Source of the DNA: Candidatus Thorarchaeota archaeon
Lineage (GTDB): Archaea > Asgardarchaeota > Thorarchaeia > Thorarchaeales > Thorarchaeaceae
Direction: 5' to 3'
DNA length: 64,000 nucleotides
NCBI GenBank assembly: GCA_048884965.1
Contig: JBHLQH010000003.1
Span: 35,304-99,303 of the forward strand
Shown in pieces: positions 39,230-48,135 of the stretch. Under the pieces are notes generated by a model. It worked only from the letters and a program-made list of their open reading frames with translations. It was not told where the DNA came from and did no database searches. Positions within the stretch are counted from its first letter, which is position 1. Each line of letters begins with the position of its first letter. A program made the translations under genes and the position numbers.

Positions 39230-39571
39230 ATGACCGAGATTCTTGCCTGCCTAATTCTGGATGAGGATACCCAGAAACCCTTGTACAGTCATTTTATCGA
39301 TAGTGAACTCAAGAAGAATCCTTCACTCATACCCAAAAAGTTACAGACTGGCGAGCTAGTTATGATTCATGAGCTTGGCATTGACTTGAACTTGGTTTTC
39401 TCGCTCCTCGTAAGAGCCGAAAGTCCTGAGCTGAGAGAGATGTTAAAGAAGTTCAGGGATCGGGTTGAGAAGACATACCCTCAGGGCATGAAGGCAGGTA
39501 GTGGAAATTGGGCTGACTATGTAATCCTTGAGGGTATGGTTAAGTCCATCTTCATTGATCAGGATGAGTAA
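39230..39571 (+). CDS. Stand-alone longin-like protein
   Basis: ILACLILDEDTQKPLYSHF...LVFSLLV...LKKFRDRVEKTY; promoter-like AAAACCCTTAGGATA upstream. Confidence 0.6.
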   Translation: MTEILACLILDEDTQKPLYSHFIDSELKKNPSLIPKKLQTGELVMIHELGIDLNLVFSLLVRAESPELREMLKKFRDRVEKTYPQGMKAGSGNWADYVILEGMVKSIFIDQDE

Positions 39572-39580
39572 TGTTACTCG

Positions 39581-40840
39581 CTATTCAGGGTAGTATTTTT
39601 TGATATCCTCAGTATAGACCTTCTCGGATACCTTATGGGCTCCAGGTGTATCTAGTTCGACATCTCGCTTGAGGGACCTATCTTCTTCTAGAATCTCCTT
39701 GAAGACCTCATTCTGAATGATTAGTCTTTGCACCTCATTGCTTCCCGTCCAGATAGTTGCCAGACGCGCATCTCTATACAGACGTTCAATGGGATAAACG
39801 TCAGTATATCCAATTCCTCCCATAATTTGCATCGCTTCGTGCACCGCTTTGAATCCTGCTTCAGTACCAAAAGCTTTTGCCATCGAAACTTCTTTTCTGC
39901 ACCATGCTCCCGTGTCTGCAACTTTTGCTGCACGATACACCAAACCTCGAGCTGCATCTAGTTCTATGGCACAATCAGCAACCTTGAAGCTTATCGCTTC
40001 GAATTTCCGAATCGTTCTCCCAAATGCTTCACGTTTGTCAGCATATCTAGCTGCAATCTCGATCGCTGCTCTACCCATACCAATTGGTCCCGCTGCTGAA
40101 GTCAATCTCTCTGGGACCATCATACTATTGAAGACAGAATTTCCATCATGTGGGTCACCCACCAGATTTGCTTCAGGAACCTCGACATCCTTCATGACGA
40201 TCCTAGCTGCACCCATGCCTCTGCAACCCATGAGCTCATACTCTTCCTCCACCTTAACTCCTGAATCTCTATCAACCAAGAATGCACTCAGTGATTTGTG
40301 CGGTGGTGCTTCGAAGTCTGTTTTTGCATAGATGATGAAATAGTCAGCCCCGACGCCTCCTGCGACAAATCGTTTCTCACCATTGATGAGGTAGTTCTCT
40401 CCTTTCTTGATTGCAGTAGTGTTCGTCCCAAAGAAATCTGAACCACCACGTGGCTCAGTAAGTCCTTCTCCGCAAATCTTCTCTCCTCTTAGAGTTGGAA
40501 GGAGATAGTTCTTCTTCAACTCCTCAGATCCGTGCTTGTTGATTCCCTCTCCTATGATGCTAGGAAGAGAATATGCACAACCTATCGCGATTCCTAGTAC
40601 CCCAATCTCTTCGATCGCGACCATCTCAGAAACCCAACCGAGTCCTCTTCCACCATACTTCTCCGGAAACCTTAGCCCTAAGAGATTCTCTTTAGCCGCA
40701 GCTTTGACAAACTCATATGGATATTCCTTCTCCTTGGAGTCCATGGCAATCAGAAGATCTCTGCTTACCTTGTCCCGCACGAAGCGACGTGTTTCCTCTT
40801 TGATAGCCTTCTCTTCAGACGTCAATAGCACATCAAACAT
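39581..40840 (-). CDS. Acyl-CoA dehydrogenase
   Basis: GLTEPRGGSD, INGEKRF, REAFGRTI, QIMGGIGY, IWTGSNEVQR. Confidence 0.95.
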   Translation of the reverse strand: MFDVLLTSEEKAIKEETRRFVRDKVSRDLLIAMDSKEKEYPYEFVKAAAKENLLGLRFPEKYGGRGLGWVSEMVAIEEIGVLGIAIGCAYSLPSIIGEGINKHGSEELKKNYLLPTLRGEKICGEGLTEPRGGSDFFGTNTTAIKKGENYLINGEKRFVAGGVGADYFIIYAKTDFEAPPHKSLSAFLVDRDSGVKVEEEYELMGCRGMGAARIVMKDVEVPEANLVGDPHDGNSVFNSMMVPERLTSAAGPIGMGRAAIEIAARYADKREAFGRTIRKFEAISFKVADCAIELDAARGLVYRAAKVADTGAWCRKEVSMAKAFGTEAGFKAVHEAMQIMGGIGYTDVYPIERLYRDARLATIWTGSNEVQRLIIQNEVFKEILEEDRSLKRDVELDTPGAHKVSEKVYTEDIKKYYPE

Positions 40841-40943
40841 TGTCCTAACCTCTCGCAAAGGGAATAGCACAATCACAGATAAAGACCCTAGGTTTTAGAA
40901 ATGGAACTGGTCCTTTTTGATCAATATGAATCGCGGTAGTGGA

Positions 40944-41249
40944 CTAAGGTCTCGGAGATTGTTTGCTCCTAATTTCCAAGATGCGTTCGGCTATTTTTGG
41001 GATGAAATCATCCCAATCATTGAGTATCTTTCGAAAAGTCTGCATCTCTTCCTTGCCATGCTCATCACTCGTTGAGCTTTCTATCTTTGCTAATTCCATA
41101 TGGTAGTCCCTAATCTTGTCGTAAAATGATTCTAAGATTACGAGATAGTAATCTAGTGAGAACGACATCCTCAGAGTGTTACTTGCAAACCAGAGAAGTA
41201 TTTCCACTTGCCTTTCCAATAGTCTTGTGTAGTCTTGTTTCATCGACAA
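40944..41249 (-). CDS. Hypothetical helical protein
   Basis: 101-aa ORF co-oriented with its neighbours; AGGAG upstream. Confidence 0.5.
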   Translation of the reverse strand: MSMKQDYTRLLERQVEILLWFASNTLRMSFSLDYYLVILESFYDKIRDYHMELAKIESSTSDEHGKEEMQTFRKILNDWDDFIPKIAERILEIRSKQSPRP

Positions 41250-41299
41250 ATAGCTCTACTCCTATTAAGCGGATATCTTTTCAGCTTGATATAGGATTT

Positions 41300-41638
41300 C
41301 TAGACATTTCCTAATAAGGAATCCAGAGTCGCATCAGAGCCTACATGTTTATCCACACTTATCGCATCCGTTGGGCATACTAGCTCACATACCATACAGA
41401 AGATGCAGTCATTCTCATTGGCAGGAGTTACGATATCAGGCATATTGCTCGATAGAGTGGCAAAGACATTAGTAGGACAGGCATTATAGCATTTCATACA
41501 AGCTATGCATGAGTCTATGTGCACTCCCACTACTGTTCCATGTATCTCACCTTCATACTCATTGGATCTCCAAATGGAGTATCTTTCTATTCTTGAAGCA
41601 ATACGCCATGTTGCTCGATAGGTCCTATCTATTGGCAC
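41300..41638 (-). CDS. Dicluster ferredoxin related to archaeal zinc-containing ferredoxins
   Basis: PIDRTYR...IHGTVVGV, CIACMKCYNACP, CIFCMVCELVCP. GTG start inferred. Confidence 0.85.
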   Translation of the reverse strand: MPIDRTYRATWRIASRIERYSIWRSNEYEGEIHGTVVGVHIDSCIACMKCYNACPTNVFATLSSNMPDIVTPANENDCIFCMVCELVCPTDAISVDKHVGSDATLDSLLGNV

Positions 41639-41684
41639 TAGATATCTCTCATCTCCCCTCGTTTTGAGCGATATGGCTGGGGGC

Positions 41685-42125
41685 TCATTCAAAATCTCCT
41701 AGCCTATTCTCCCCCTTAATTGTCTGCAATGGAGTTAGATTGATACTCGCCTCAAGGGTTCCAAGATAGGTACCATTTTCATCTCGTATCGCAAGATAAC
41801 GGATCATCACCTTACTAGGAGTGCCATTGACAGGCATATCCAGCCAGAAGTCTACATAATCTCGCTCTCCACTCTTGAGATATTCCAAAACCTTGTGTAC
41901 CTTATCGAGGCTTTGAGCGGGATGACACATTCGTACATTCCTACCGATGACAGCAGGCCCTCTTTTGAATATCCTAATTCCATGTCGATTCCAATAGAGT
42001 ACATTGTCCTCAGCGTCAATAACTGAGAAATCAACAGGAAGGACATCGTGCATTGATGAGAGAAAATCAGGTGACATCCTCTCTAATGCATTGATCAATG
42101 GTTCAATCTTCATAATGACTGACAT
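41685..42125 (-). CDS. Stand-alone PAS domain protein (PAS_10/DUF438-like)
   Basis: LPVDFSVIDAED, RIFKRGPAVIGRNVRMCHP, RDENGTYLGTLE. Confidence 0.88.
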   Translation of the reverse strand: MSVIMKIEPLINALERMSPDFLSSMHDVLPVDFSVIDAEDNVLYWNRHGIRIFKRGPAVIGRNVRMCHPAQSLDKVHKVLEYLKSGERDYVDFWLDMPVNGTPSKVMIRYLAIRDENGTYLGTLEASINLTPLQTIKGENRLGDFE

Positions 42126-42251
42126 GGACCTCATCCACCCTAAAAAAACCATGCGCCACAGAAGGAATTATTCAATATCAGCACTCAAAATAGTACTTTG
42201 CTTGCTATCTCCCCTTAATATTCCAATACACCCACCTTATGGTGTGTGGAC

Positions 42252-42470
42252 ATGACCTTTACAACATCGACAAATCCGGACCATCTTTCGAAGCAAGAGA
42301 TTGTTCAATTGATAACTTCATGCCCGGTCTGCTCCACACCTTGGCCTAAAGGAAAATACGAATGCGCAAATGAGAAGTGCGGAGTAAAGCTCAGAGTTGA
42401 GCCCAAAGCTCTGAACTGGTGGATGTTCTACCCGCCCTGTAATGGCTGGGGGCACCTCTCTCCTAGCTAG
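42252..42470 (+). CDS. Small zinc-ribbon protein
   Basis: CPVC...CANEKCG; GGTG upstream. Confidence 0.5.
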   Translation: MTFTTSTNPDHLSKQEIVQLITSCPVCSTPWPKGKYECANEKCGVKLRVEPKALNWWMFYPPCNGWGHLSPS

Positions 42471-42570
42471 ATATGTTGAAGATGCAGCGGGTCAATTCTT
42501 AAGAGGTTATGAGACGGTGAAAGAACAATACTATCCGTCCGTCGTAAAGAATTGCTTGGAGGTAGATTTC

Positions 42571-43056
42571 TTGGAGGAAGTAATCATCAGATTCCTGACA
42601 ACCAATGGGCTCGAAAAGACACAGGTGATTGATATCCATGAGACCGCATTGAATCTCGAGCTGAGAAATATTGATGAAATTGATCTACTCCCTCTAATAT
42701 GGTGCACCAAGCTTGAGAAGATCACATTACGTCATAATCAGATTACCGATATTGATCTTACTCCCCTGAGTAAATGCATCAACCTTGAAACAATCTATCT
42801 GAGCCATAATAGACTTGGCTCGATCGATTTGCATCCCTTGAGCGATAGTCCACACCTCCGAGAGGTCGATTTGAGGCATAACCTTCTATCTACTATTGAC
42901 ATCTCTCCGCTATTCCACTGCTCTGAATTGCAAGAGTTGTTGCTTGATCCTGATGTCACACTCACGGCAGACCTATTACTACGCTCGATTGGTAGCTGGC
43001 CTGATGTACTAGTTGACCAATTCCATCGAATTCTCTGGAAATCATCCGATCTCTAA
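42571..43056 (+). CDS. Leucine-rich repeat protein
   Basis: LEKITLRHNQITDIDLTPLSKC-type repeats. TTG start after GGAGGT, though the frame is open from 42442. Confidence 0.85.
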   Translation: MEEVIIRFLTTNGLEKTQVIDIHETALNLELRNIDEIDLLPLIWCTKLEKITLRHNQITDIDLTPLSKCINLETIYLSHNRLGSIDLHPLSDSPHLREVDLRHNLLSTIDISPLFHCSELQELLLDPDVTLTADLLLRSIGSWPDVLVDQFHRILWKSSDL

Positions 43057-43081
43057 ACCAAGGATTCAGGAGTGACGAGAT

Positions 43082-43906
43082 ATGGATCTAGGGCTAACGA
43101 ACAAACATGTCATCATAACTGGAGCATCAAGTGGCATTGGATTGGAAACTACTAGAAAATTCCTACAGGAAGGCGCTCAGGTTACCGCATGCTTTAGAAC
43201 TGACCCTCGACAGCTCACAGATATTGAAGAAGAATATAGTTCACATCTTAATCTTGTAAAGGCTGACATATCAAAGGAATCTGACGTTGAATTTCTCTTT
43301 GCTGAAGCTTGCAACGGGTATGGTCGAGTTGACATAGCTGTCGCAAATGCTGGTATCGCAAACCATGAAGGGATTGGAGTTCATGAGATGTCCCTCGAAC
43401 AATGGAATCGTATCGTGAGTGTGAATCTGACTGGTGCATTTCTTACTGCAAAGCACTTCTTTCAGAATCTCGAATCGAATCCTGGGGATCACGCATCCTT
43501 GGTACTAATTGGATCCACCGCAGGAGTCTTTGGAGAGGCATGGTACTCAGACTATTCCACATCAAAGGCTGGGATGCACGGACTCATGATGAGCCTGAAA
43601 AATGAGATTGTACATCTTGCAGAGCGAGGTCGGGTGAATATAGTGAATCCGGGATGGACACTCACTCCTATGGCCGAGGAGGCGATGGCTGATTCAATAA
43701 TGGTATCGCGCATTTTTCAGACATTGCCTATGCGAAAGATTGCGACTTCGTCAGATATCGCCAATGCCATCCTCTTTCTTTCATCTGACACAACTGCCGG
43801 TCATATAAGTGGACAGACAATTACCCTTGCTGGTGGCATGGAAGGCCGTGTTCTCTTCACACCCGATGAAGTCAAGGAATATGTTGACCGGTTGACTTCT
43901 CGATAG
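43082..43906 (+). CDS. Short-chain dehydrogenase/reductase
   Basis: TGASSGIG, ANAG, YSTSK, NPGW. Confidence 0.93.
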   Translation: MDLGLTNKHVIITGASSGIGLETTRKFLQEGAQVTACFRTDPRQLTDIEEEYSSHLNLVKADISKESDVEFLFAEACNGYGRVDIAVANAGIANHEGIGVHEMSLEQWNRIVSVNLTGAFLTAKHFFQNLESNPGDHASLVLIGSTAGVFGEAWYSDYSTSKAGMHGLMMSLKNEIVHLAERGRVNIVNPGWTLTPMAEEAMADSIMVSRIFQTLPMRKIATSSDIANAILFLSSDTTAGHISGQTITLAGGMEGRVLFTPDEVKEYVDRLTSR

Positions 43907-43917
43907 AGGTGATATTC

Positions 43918-44679
43918 ATGACTGTCTTTGATGAGCTTGCCTTGGCATATGACAACACTATTGATTGGAAATCTCGATTGGAACGTGAAATGCCCTTCAT
44001 CATCACTAGTATAGTAGATACAGATAGAGGGAGAGCATTGGATATTGCCTGTGGAAGTGGACGGCATGCGATAGAATTAGCTAAGAAGGGCTTTGCCGTA
44101 TCAGCTTTTGACAACAGTCAGTCCATGATTGCTGCCGCAAAACAGCATGCACATAGTCAGGGCTTAGAGATCGATTTCCGTGTTCTGAGTATGCAGGATA
44201 TGAATAAGGTGTACCATGGAGGATTCAGTCTAGTTCTCTGCTTGGGCAATTCATTGGCCCTACTTCCATCGATTGCTGCATTGAAGCAGATGATTGCATC
44301 AATCCACGAGCAAATGCTCTCTAATGGTGTCTTAATTTTCCAGACTCTCAACTTCGAAGCAGTTGAAGAACAAGGTATCAGATTCATGCCATCCAAAACA
44401 GGCGTTCTCAGTACAGGCGAGAAGGTCACATTTAGTAGGTTTTTGGATTATACTCAAGGTGATGCGGAAAAGGCTATTCTCGTGTTGTCATCACTCATAG
44501 AGTCAGATGATGCTAAGCCTGTTGTAGAATCTCAAGAGGTCCTTCGTATCACTGGTCCGCTTATTGAGGAATCTCTCTCGGATGCTGGGTTCACCACTTA
44601 TGAGGTCTTTTCTGATTATGCTAGTAGTCCCTTTCAGAGAGAATTTGACCGAAGTATAGTAGTCCGCGCCATCAAATAG
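43918..44679 (+). CDS. Class I SAM-dependent methyltransferase
   Basis: ALDIACGSGRH, CLGNSL. Confidence 0.9.
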   Translation: MTVFDELALAYDNTIDWKSRLEREMPFIITSIVDTDRGRALDIACGSGRHAIELAKKGFAVSAFDNSQSMIAAAKQHAHSQGLEIDFRVLSMQDMNKVYHGGFSLVLCLGNSLALLPSIAALKQMIASIHEQMLSNGVLIFQTLNFEAVEEQGIRFMPSKTGVLSTGEKVTFSRFLDYTQGDAEKAILVLSSLIESDDAKPVVESQEVLRITGPLIEESLSDAGFTTYEVFSDYASSPFQREFDRSIVVRAIK

Positions 44680-44680
44680 T

Positions 44681-45259
44681 CTATTCACCAATCCAGAGAC
44701 GGTGCCATCTATTTTCTTTCGTTCTGATAATGATAAGTAGAAAAACTGGGACTATGACAATGTGTGTAAGTAGATTGGCTACATAGTATCCTGTCATTAT
44801 GTCTGTACTAAGAACATTAGCGAAAAATATGCACAATGGTCCAGCGATTGCATAGGGATCAGCTATCCATGGCCAGAGTATTGGATTATACCAGTGATGG
44901 AGTATGTCTACCAAGAGATGCGAAACGATACCAAGAATGGCTGATGCGACAAGGGCGCGTGATATGAGGCACTTCTGCTTTAATTCTTGTTTATCCAGTT
45001 TGAAGATTGAACCAATCACTGTAGGGTATGCATATCTTGTTATCAAAACTGCTAGTACTAGACCTCCTGAAAGGGCTCCAACAAGACTATGCAGTACAAA
45101 ATGATCTGGAAATACTCCTTGAAAGAACAGGAATAGCAAGGGTACCTCTATATCTGGAATCACTGCTCCTACTAGCAGTGCTGGCATATTGAGTCTTTTA
45201 CTTGTTTTAGAAAGGCCATATCCAAATGGATAGTGGAATAGAGTGAATGGCATGTTCAT
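44681..45259 (-). CDS. DUF4184-like membrane-bound metal-dependent hydrolase
   Basis: MPFTLFH, GAVIPD, HSLVG, SHLLVD..HH. Confidence 0.8.
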   Translation of the reverse strand: MNMPFTLFHYPFGYGLSKTSKRLNMPALLVGAVIPDIEVPLLFLFFQGVFPDHFVLHSLVGALSGGLVLAVLITRYAYPTVIGSIFKLDKQELKQKCLISRALVASAILGIVSHLLVDILHHWYNPILWPWIADPYAIAGPLCIFFANVLSTDIMTGYYVANLLTHIVIVPVFLLIIIRTKENRWHRLWIGE

Positions 45260-45345
45260 TCCTTGAATACCGAAGCAATATGAATGTCTGCCTTTTCAAT
45301 AGTCTAAAAAGTACAAGAGCAATTGCTGGTGCAGGTGTTAACAGA

Positions 45346-45861
45346 ATGGGTCTCTTCGAGTTTGATGGAAAAAAACCTACGGTACATCACAATGCGTATG
45401 TATCACCTCGAGCATCTCTACTTGGCGATGTAGAGATTGGTGAGGATAGTAGTGTCTGGGAATTTGCTGTGCTCAGAGGCGACATGAACTACATCAAGGT
45501 GGGACGCGGTTCATCAATTCAGGATAATGCAACGGTTCATTGCGAATTCATGAATCCTACAAATATAGGCGACAACGTAACGGCAGGTCATAACTGCGTC
45601 ATTCATGGTGCTGAGATCGGAGATAATGTTGTGATTGGGATTGGAGCAATTGTACTATCTGGAGCCAAGATTGGAGAGAATAGTGTCATCGGAGCAGGTT
45701 CTGTGGTCACAGAGAGAACTGAGATACCTCCAAACTCACTGGTCTTGGGCATTCCTGGAAAAGTAGTCAAAGAGGTTTCCGAAGGAATGATTGAAGGATT
45801 CAGGGCCAATGCACAACTCTACGTTGAACTAGGAAAGAAGCACAAAGAAATACATGGGTAA
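45346..45861 (+). CDS. Gamma-carbonic anhydrase family (YrdA/PaaY-like)
   Basis: VLRGD, IQDNATVH, GHNCVIHG, hexapeptide repeats. Confidence 0.93.
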   Translation: MGLFEFDGKKPTVHHNAYVSPRASLLGDVEIGEDSSVWEFAVLRGDMNYIKVGRGSSIQDNATVHCEFMNPTNIGDNVTAGHNCVIHGAEIGDNVVIGIGAIVLSGAKIGENSVIGAGSVVTERTEIPPNSLVLGIPGKVVKEVSEGMIEGFRANAQLYVELGKKHKEIHG

Positions 45862-45907
45862 TCTTCAAGGAGTAAAGCTATGAAAAAACGAACGATGGTG
45901 ATTCCAG

Positions 45908-47488
45908 ATGACTAGTCATTCCCTTGAAGCAATCATGATTCTCGACAGAGGTGGAGCTCCTAGGTTCTATATGCAGCTTGACCCCCGTGCATTCGATATG
46001 GACCCCTTTCTTGGATCGAGTTTTTTTGCTGCAATAGACATGTTCTCAACACAGATTATCGAACAGAGCGAACCTTTTTTCCAGGTTGACTATGGAGCAA
46101 GAGTCTTCACTATCATTCACGGAGTCGAAACAAACCTGGTGGCTGTATGTAAAAGGCGTCTTTCAGATGAAACCTTGGAGATATTGGACTCCCTTCTTGC
46201 AGAATTCGAGCTTGACTGGATTCCCGCTGCTGAGGCATTCGAATTGGACGACTCATTCATCGAGGTCTATCTAGAGTCCTTTGGAGAGCGTGTATTGAAC
46301 AAGATTTCATTCCAAGAGATTCCTGATTCATGGGTTCCGTATTTTACTGATAGACCTGACGACCTTCTTCCTGATTTTAGCCCTGTCATCAAATTCATCA
46401 ATGGTTCCAGAAGTGTGAAAGAGATACGCGAATTGAGTGGAGTCACTCAGAGTGAAATGTTAGTTGATATGTCCAAGTTATGGGCACAGAGAGTCATCCG
46501 ATTTCGAAACATGCTAAGCTTCAAGGACTTCCTGAGTGCTCGGACGAAATTCCTCAGGTACACTCAGGCTACATCCACCGAGGTACGGGGTCTCTTAGAC
46601 CTACATCCCGAGATGGTTGGGATAATTCCACGACTAGCAGGTCTGATAGACGGTCGTCGGACCGTGAGGGAACTGCTTGATGAGCTCGGAAGCTATTACG
46701 ATGAACGAGAGGTGCTTCGAGTGCTGGATTATCTACGAGAGAATGAAGTAATCGAAGTTCTTTCCCATGAGAAAAGAAGGATACTGCTTGCAAAGGAATT
46801 GGTTTCTTTCTCTCTACGTTCAGCAGAAGAAATCTGGGGCATACGTGATATCACAACAATCGTAAGGACTATCGTGAACAGGGTTCAAGCGCCGGAGATT
46901 ATAGGTCAACTCACCTTGAAAGATGGACAATGGTTTGTGGATTTTGATTTTAAGCCGCTAGAAGGGCTTGAAACTAACAGATTGAGTCTCATGTATGGTG
47001 AGTGGATGAAGATACTTGCCCAATTCTCAGCAGCACTTGATAGAAAGCAACTTAATGCATTCATCATTTCGCTCACACAGAAGTTCTTCAATCGAATCAT
47101 AGATCGTTATGCTATCTTTGATTTGCGGGGGTTGGAGGAGTTCTCATTCTGGCTAGAACAACTGGAAACAGAGAGCTGGCCTCGTGCAGAAATTGACCGG
47201 ACCTACCCTCTTGAGAAAATCGATAATACTGTACTAGAGGATTTGGTCCATATTCTTATTGAACGTGGACAGACAATCTATGGGTCTGAGATGATTGTTG
47301 GGATATCTGGCTCAGCGGGAATCCCTCTTGTTGATGGAATGCCTGTGACAAGATCTATGGGAAGCCGAAGTGATTCATTCAAGTATTTCATGAATGAGTA
47401 CTCAAAAATCAGTTCCGCAGCTAAACTGACTGTTCTTATTCTCTCACGACAACGTGGAATCCCTATACCCTCGGAGATTACCATGTAG
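45908..47488 (+). CDS. Longin + tandem wHTH (NPRL2/GATOR1-like) protein
   Basis: N-terminal longin; VPYFT...FINGSRSVKEI...LWAQRVI and LIDGRRTVREL...YLRENEVI. Confidence 0.75.
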   Translation: MTSHSLEAIMILDRGGAPRFYMQLDPRAFDMDPFLGSSFFAAIDMFSTQIIEQSEPFFQVDYGARVFTIIHGVETNLVAVCKRRLSDETLEILDSLLAEFELDWIPAAEAFELDDSFIEVYLESFGERVLNKISFQEIPDSWVPYFTDRPDDLLPDFSPVIKFINGSRSVKEIRELSGVTQSEMLVDMSKLWAQRVIRFRNMLSFKDFLSARTKFLRYTQATSTEVRGLLDLHPEMVGIIPRLAGLIDGRRTVRELLDELGSYYDEREVLRVLDYLRENEVIEVLSHEKRRILLAKELVSFSLRSAEEIWGIRDITTIVRTIVNRVQAPEIIGQLTLKDGQWFVDFDFKPLEGLETNRLSLMYGEWMKILAQFSAALDRKQLNAFIISLTQKFFNRIIDRYAIFDLRGLEEFSFWLEQLETESWPRAEIDRTYPLEKIDNTVLEDLVHILIERGQTIYGSEMIVGISGSAGIPLVDGMPVTRSMGSRSDSFKYFMNEYSKISSAAKLTVLILSRQRGIPIPSEITM

Positions 47489-47560
47489 TACTCTATCACG
47501 ACAATGGTTATCTGATAAGCATCACATTAGATAATTTGTGCGCATAGAAGGAGGACCTGT

Positions 47561-48088
47561 ATGAGTCCAACATATCTCTTAAAGCTGGTAACGGTCGGTT
47601 CCGCTTCTGTCGGGAAAACAAGTATGATAATTCGCTATTCAACAGGAACGTTTCGAGAGCACTATTCTCCAACTCTGGGAACCGGCTTTGCGTACAAGAA
47701 GATGATGCTTGATGACAACTTTGCGACTCTTCAGATTTGGGATCTGGGATCTCAGGACTTCTTGGAGCGCGTTCGTTCGAATTACTATATTGGCACACAA
47801 GGCGTCCTCATTGTATTCGATGTGACGAGTTGGGAATCATACAATGATGTCATCGAGTGGAAGAACGAGGTAGATAGGAATATTGATGAGCCTTATGCAG
47901 CTCTCCTCATTGGTAATAAGACCGATCGTGCCATAGATCGTGTCGTTGCAACAGAGGAGGGTGAGATGCTTGCATCGCAATTGGGTATGGAGTATCTTGA
48001 AGTATCAGTTCTATTGAATAAGAATGTGAATGAAACTTTTGCCAAAATAACCAGAAAAATCATCCATCTATATGATGAAGAAGAATGA
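47561..48088 (+). CDS. Rab-like small GTPase (Ras superfamily)
   Basis: G1 GSASVGKTS, G2 PTLG, G3 WDLGSQ, G4 NKTD, G5 EVSVL; no C-terminal Cys. Confidence 0.93.
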   Translation: MSPTYLLKLVTVGSASVGKTSMIIRYSTGTFREHYSPTLGTGFAYKKMMLDDNFATLQIWDLGSQDFLERVRSNYYIGTQGVLIVFDVTSWESYNDVIEWKNEVDRNIDEPYAALLIGNKTDRAIDRVVATEEGEMLASQLGMEYLEVSVLLNKNVNETFAKITRKIIHLYDEEE

Positions 48089-48135
48089 TTCAGTGAATGC
48101 AAAGATTTCTATCACATGATTCATTTTTGTAAGCG

